17,963 nucleotides of DNA. Source: Bdellovibrionales bacterium. Its GTDB lineage: Bacteria; Bdellovibrionota; Bdellovibrionia; Bdellovibrionales; UBA840. The notes beneath the pieces are model-generated. The model was given only the letters and a program-made list of their open reading frames with translations, was not told the origin of the DNA and ran no database searches. This document shows positions 16,598 through 17,963 of this stretch, piece by piece; position 1 is the stretch's first letter; each line of letters opens with the position of its first letter. The stretch covers positions 1 through 17,963 of the forward strand of contig JBBKWS010000082.1 in NCBI GenBank assembly GCA_037969075.1, read 5' to 3'. The translations under genes were made by a program, and so were the position numbers.

Positions 16598-17344
16598 ATG
16601 AAGTATCTAATAGTTTTTACAACATTGCTAATCGCATTCACAGGGCTGGTTGAAGCAGCAGAAGAATCTAGCAGCTGCTTCAAAATGAAAGACTCTACAC
16701 TACTGCAATATCTGTGTTCTGAAACAAATAAAGATGTGGTGATCCCTAATTTTGTCACCGCAATTGATGATTACGCGTTTGCTTTTAATGACTTACAGAG
16801 CGTAGTTATTCCTAAGTCTGTTACTTCAATAGGTAGATGGGCTTTTGCCTATAACCAGTTAACATATATAACAATCCCTAGCTCGGTACATTCGATTGGC
16901 AAAGGTAGTTTTGCTGAAAACCAGCTTGAGGTTCTAGTGATTCCTAAGTCTGTTACTTTTGTTGGCGAAGACGCATTTTATAGTAATCAATTAAGAGAAG
17001 TACTTATTCCTAACTCTATTACTTCAATACCTAATGGAGTTTTTTATAAAAACCAATTAACTACTATAACAATCCCTAATTCGATTGTTTCTATTGGTGA
17101 AAAAGCCTTTGCTAATAACGATCTACAAAGCCTCTCACTGCCAAGTTCCGTCAATGATATTAATGATTGGGCCTTTGCAAATAACCAATTACAAAGTGTA
17201 CAAATTCCTAATTCTGTCACCATTATTGGTGCATATGCTTTTTACTCCAACCTATTGAAAAAGGTATTCATCCCCAGCTCTGTAATTTCGATTGGTTATA
17301 AGGCTTTTGCTGAAAATCCGGATATTACAATTGATAGAGATTAA
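16598..17344 (+). CDS. Exported BspA/TpLRR-like leucine-rich repeat protein
   Basis: Signal peptide ending VEA, then nine tandem 22-aa repeats of the form xxIPxSVxxIGxxAFxxNxLxx (16736-17329). SD GGGGG. Confidence 0.92.
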   Translation: MKYLIVFTTLLIAFTGLVEAAEESSSCFKMKDSTLLQYLCSETNKDVVIPNFVTAIDDYAFAFNDLQSVVIPKSVTSIGRWAFAYNQLTYITIPSSVHSIGKGSFAENQLEVLVIPKSVTFVGEDAFYSNQLREVLIPNSITSIPNGVFYKNQLTTITIPNSIVSIGEKAFANNDLQSLSLPSSVNDINDWAFANNQLQSVQIPNSVTIIGAYAFYSNLLKKVFIPSSVISIGYKAFAENPDITIDRD

Positions 17345-17437
17345 AAACTACTAACGTTTCTTGTAAGAGAGAGCTTAGGCGTAATGTTTTACTTTTTGGA
17401 TTTTCAATTTTCTTTACTAATTTAAGATAGTTAAAAT

Positions 17438-17511
17438 TGGAGGTGGAGGCCGGAATTGAACCGGCGTAAACGGTTTTGCAGACCGCTGCCTAACCACTTG
17501 ACTACTCCACC
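17438..17511 (-). tRNA. tRNA-Cys (GCA)
   Basis: Minus strand GGTGGAG TA GTCAAGTGGTTAGGC A GCGGT CTGCAAA ACCGT TTAC GCCGG TTCAATT CCGGC CTCCACC T CCA: 74-nt cloverleaf, anticodon GCA, U73 discriminator, encoded CCA. Confidence 0.97.
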
Positions 17512-17695
17512 GTTAGGAAAGATGTAATTTCGCTTAATTTATAGACCCAGTCAATCCTGATTTAACATAAGCTTTCGTAAAAAAATAACAATTGCTTATT
17601 TGATCTACTAAATAGTCAAAATAACAGCGCATTAACAGCTGTTTTTAAGCCCAAAAGCTGGATTAATTGGTCTTTACCCACTACACCTTACCCCT

Positions 17696-17963
17696 ATGAT
17701 TTTTTTGTTTATTATGATGGCCTGGTCTGCAAGCATGACGTGTTCGGTGGGTAGCGAAAACAATATGGAGTTGGTTGAACTTTTTCATAAAGAGCAGCTA
17801 ACAAGCGAGGATTCTTTTTTAGCTCCCTACAGAGCTTGGAGCGTACTTAAAGCAACACCCGGATTAAGACAACTTCTTCCTGATCATAAAATCTCACCCG
17901 TTTGCATTAAAACTTCAATGAGCCGAGTCCCTAAGATTAGTGCTAAGAGAAAAGTATGCGCCT
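17696..17963 (+). CDS. Hypothetical exported protein, 3'-truncated (absent from the ORF track)
   Basis: The frame from ATG 17696 stays open to the window end: MIFLFIMMAWSASMTCSVGSENNMELVELF...KRKVCA. Short hydrophobic N-terminus. Confidence 0.6.
   Translation, partial: MIFLFIMMAWSASMTCSVGSENNMELVELFHKEQLTSEDSFLAPYRAWSVLKATPGLRQLLPDHKISPVCIKTSMSRVPKISAKRKVCA

Noticed and set aside
895..16758. Short ORFs in the track (895, 905, 1080, 2009, 2874, 4691, 4904, 5347, 6199, 6348, 6610, 6799, 7583, 8821, 12104, 13150, 15018, 16576)
   Set aside because: All are antisense or out-of-frame shadows of well-supported longer genes.
9245..17511. Genomic island integrated at tRNA-Cys
   Set aside because: I found no duplicate of the tRNA 3' end and no integrase in the window.

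Overview
AT-rich bacterial window. The FQNC lipobox, the sigma28-like promoters and the FN3/IPT/GLUG surface lipoprotein suggest a Bdellovibrionota-like genome (inference). Left to right: the 3' end of a hypothetical gene; two divergent PAP2-family genes; a tightly coupled seven-gene minus-strand operon (9122 to 2572); an intergenic region with a perfect 23-bp inverted repeat and palindromic operators; a hipBA-type toxin-antitoxin pair; a 1474-aa surface lipoprotein; a small lipoprotein; a BspA-like LRR protein; tRNA-Cys(GCA); and the start of an exported protein. The operon encodes a PEGA/TPR lipoprotein, a 628-aa protein that reads as a signal-peptide-bearing FliF(RBM3-TM-C tail)-FliG fusion, an outer-membrane beta-barrel, MotA, MotB, a HAMP-GGDEF diguanylate cyclase and an exported unknown protein. 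This operon is the best candidate for an undescribed system: a minimal rotor-plus-stator module with no export, rod, filament or switch genes, co-encoded with c-di-GMP synthesis. All domain calls come from motif recognition by eye; no searches were run.
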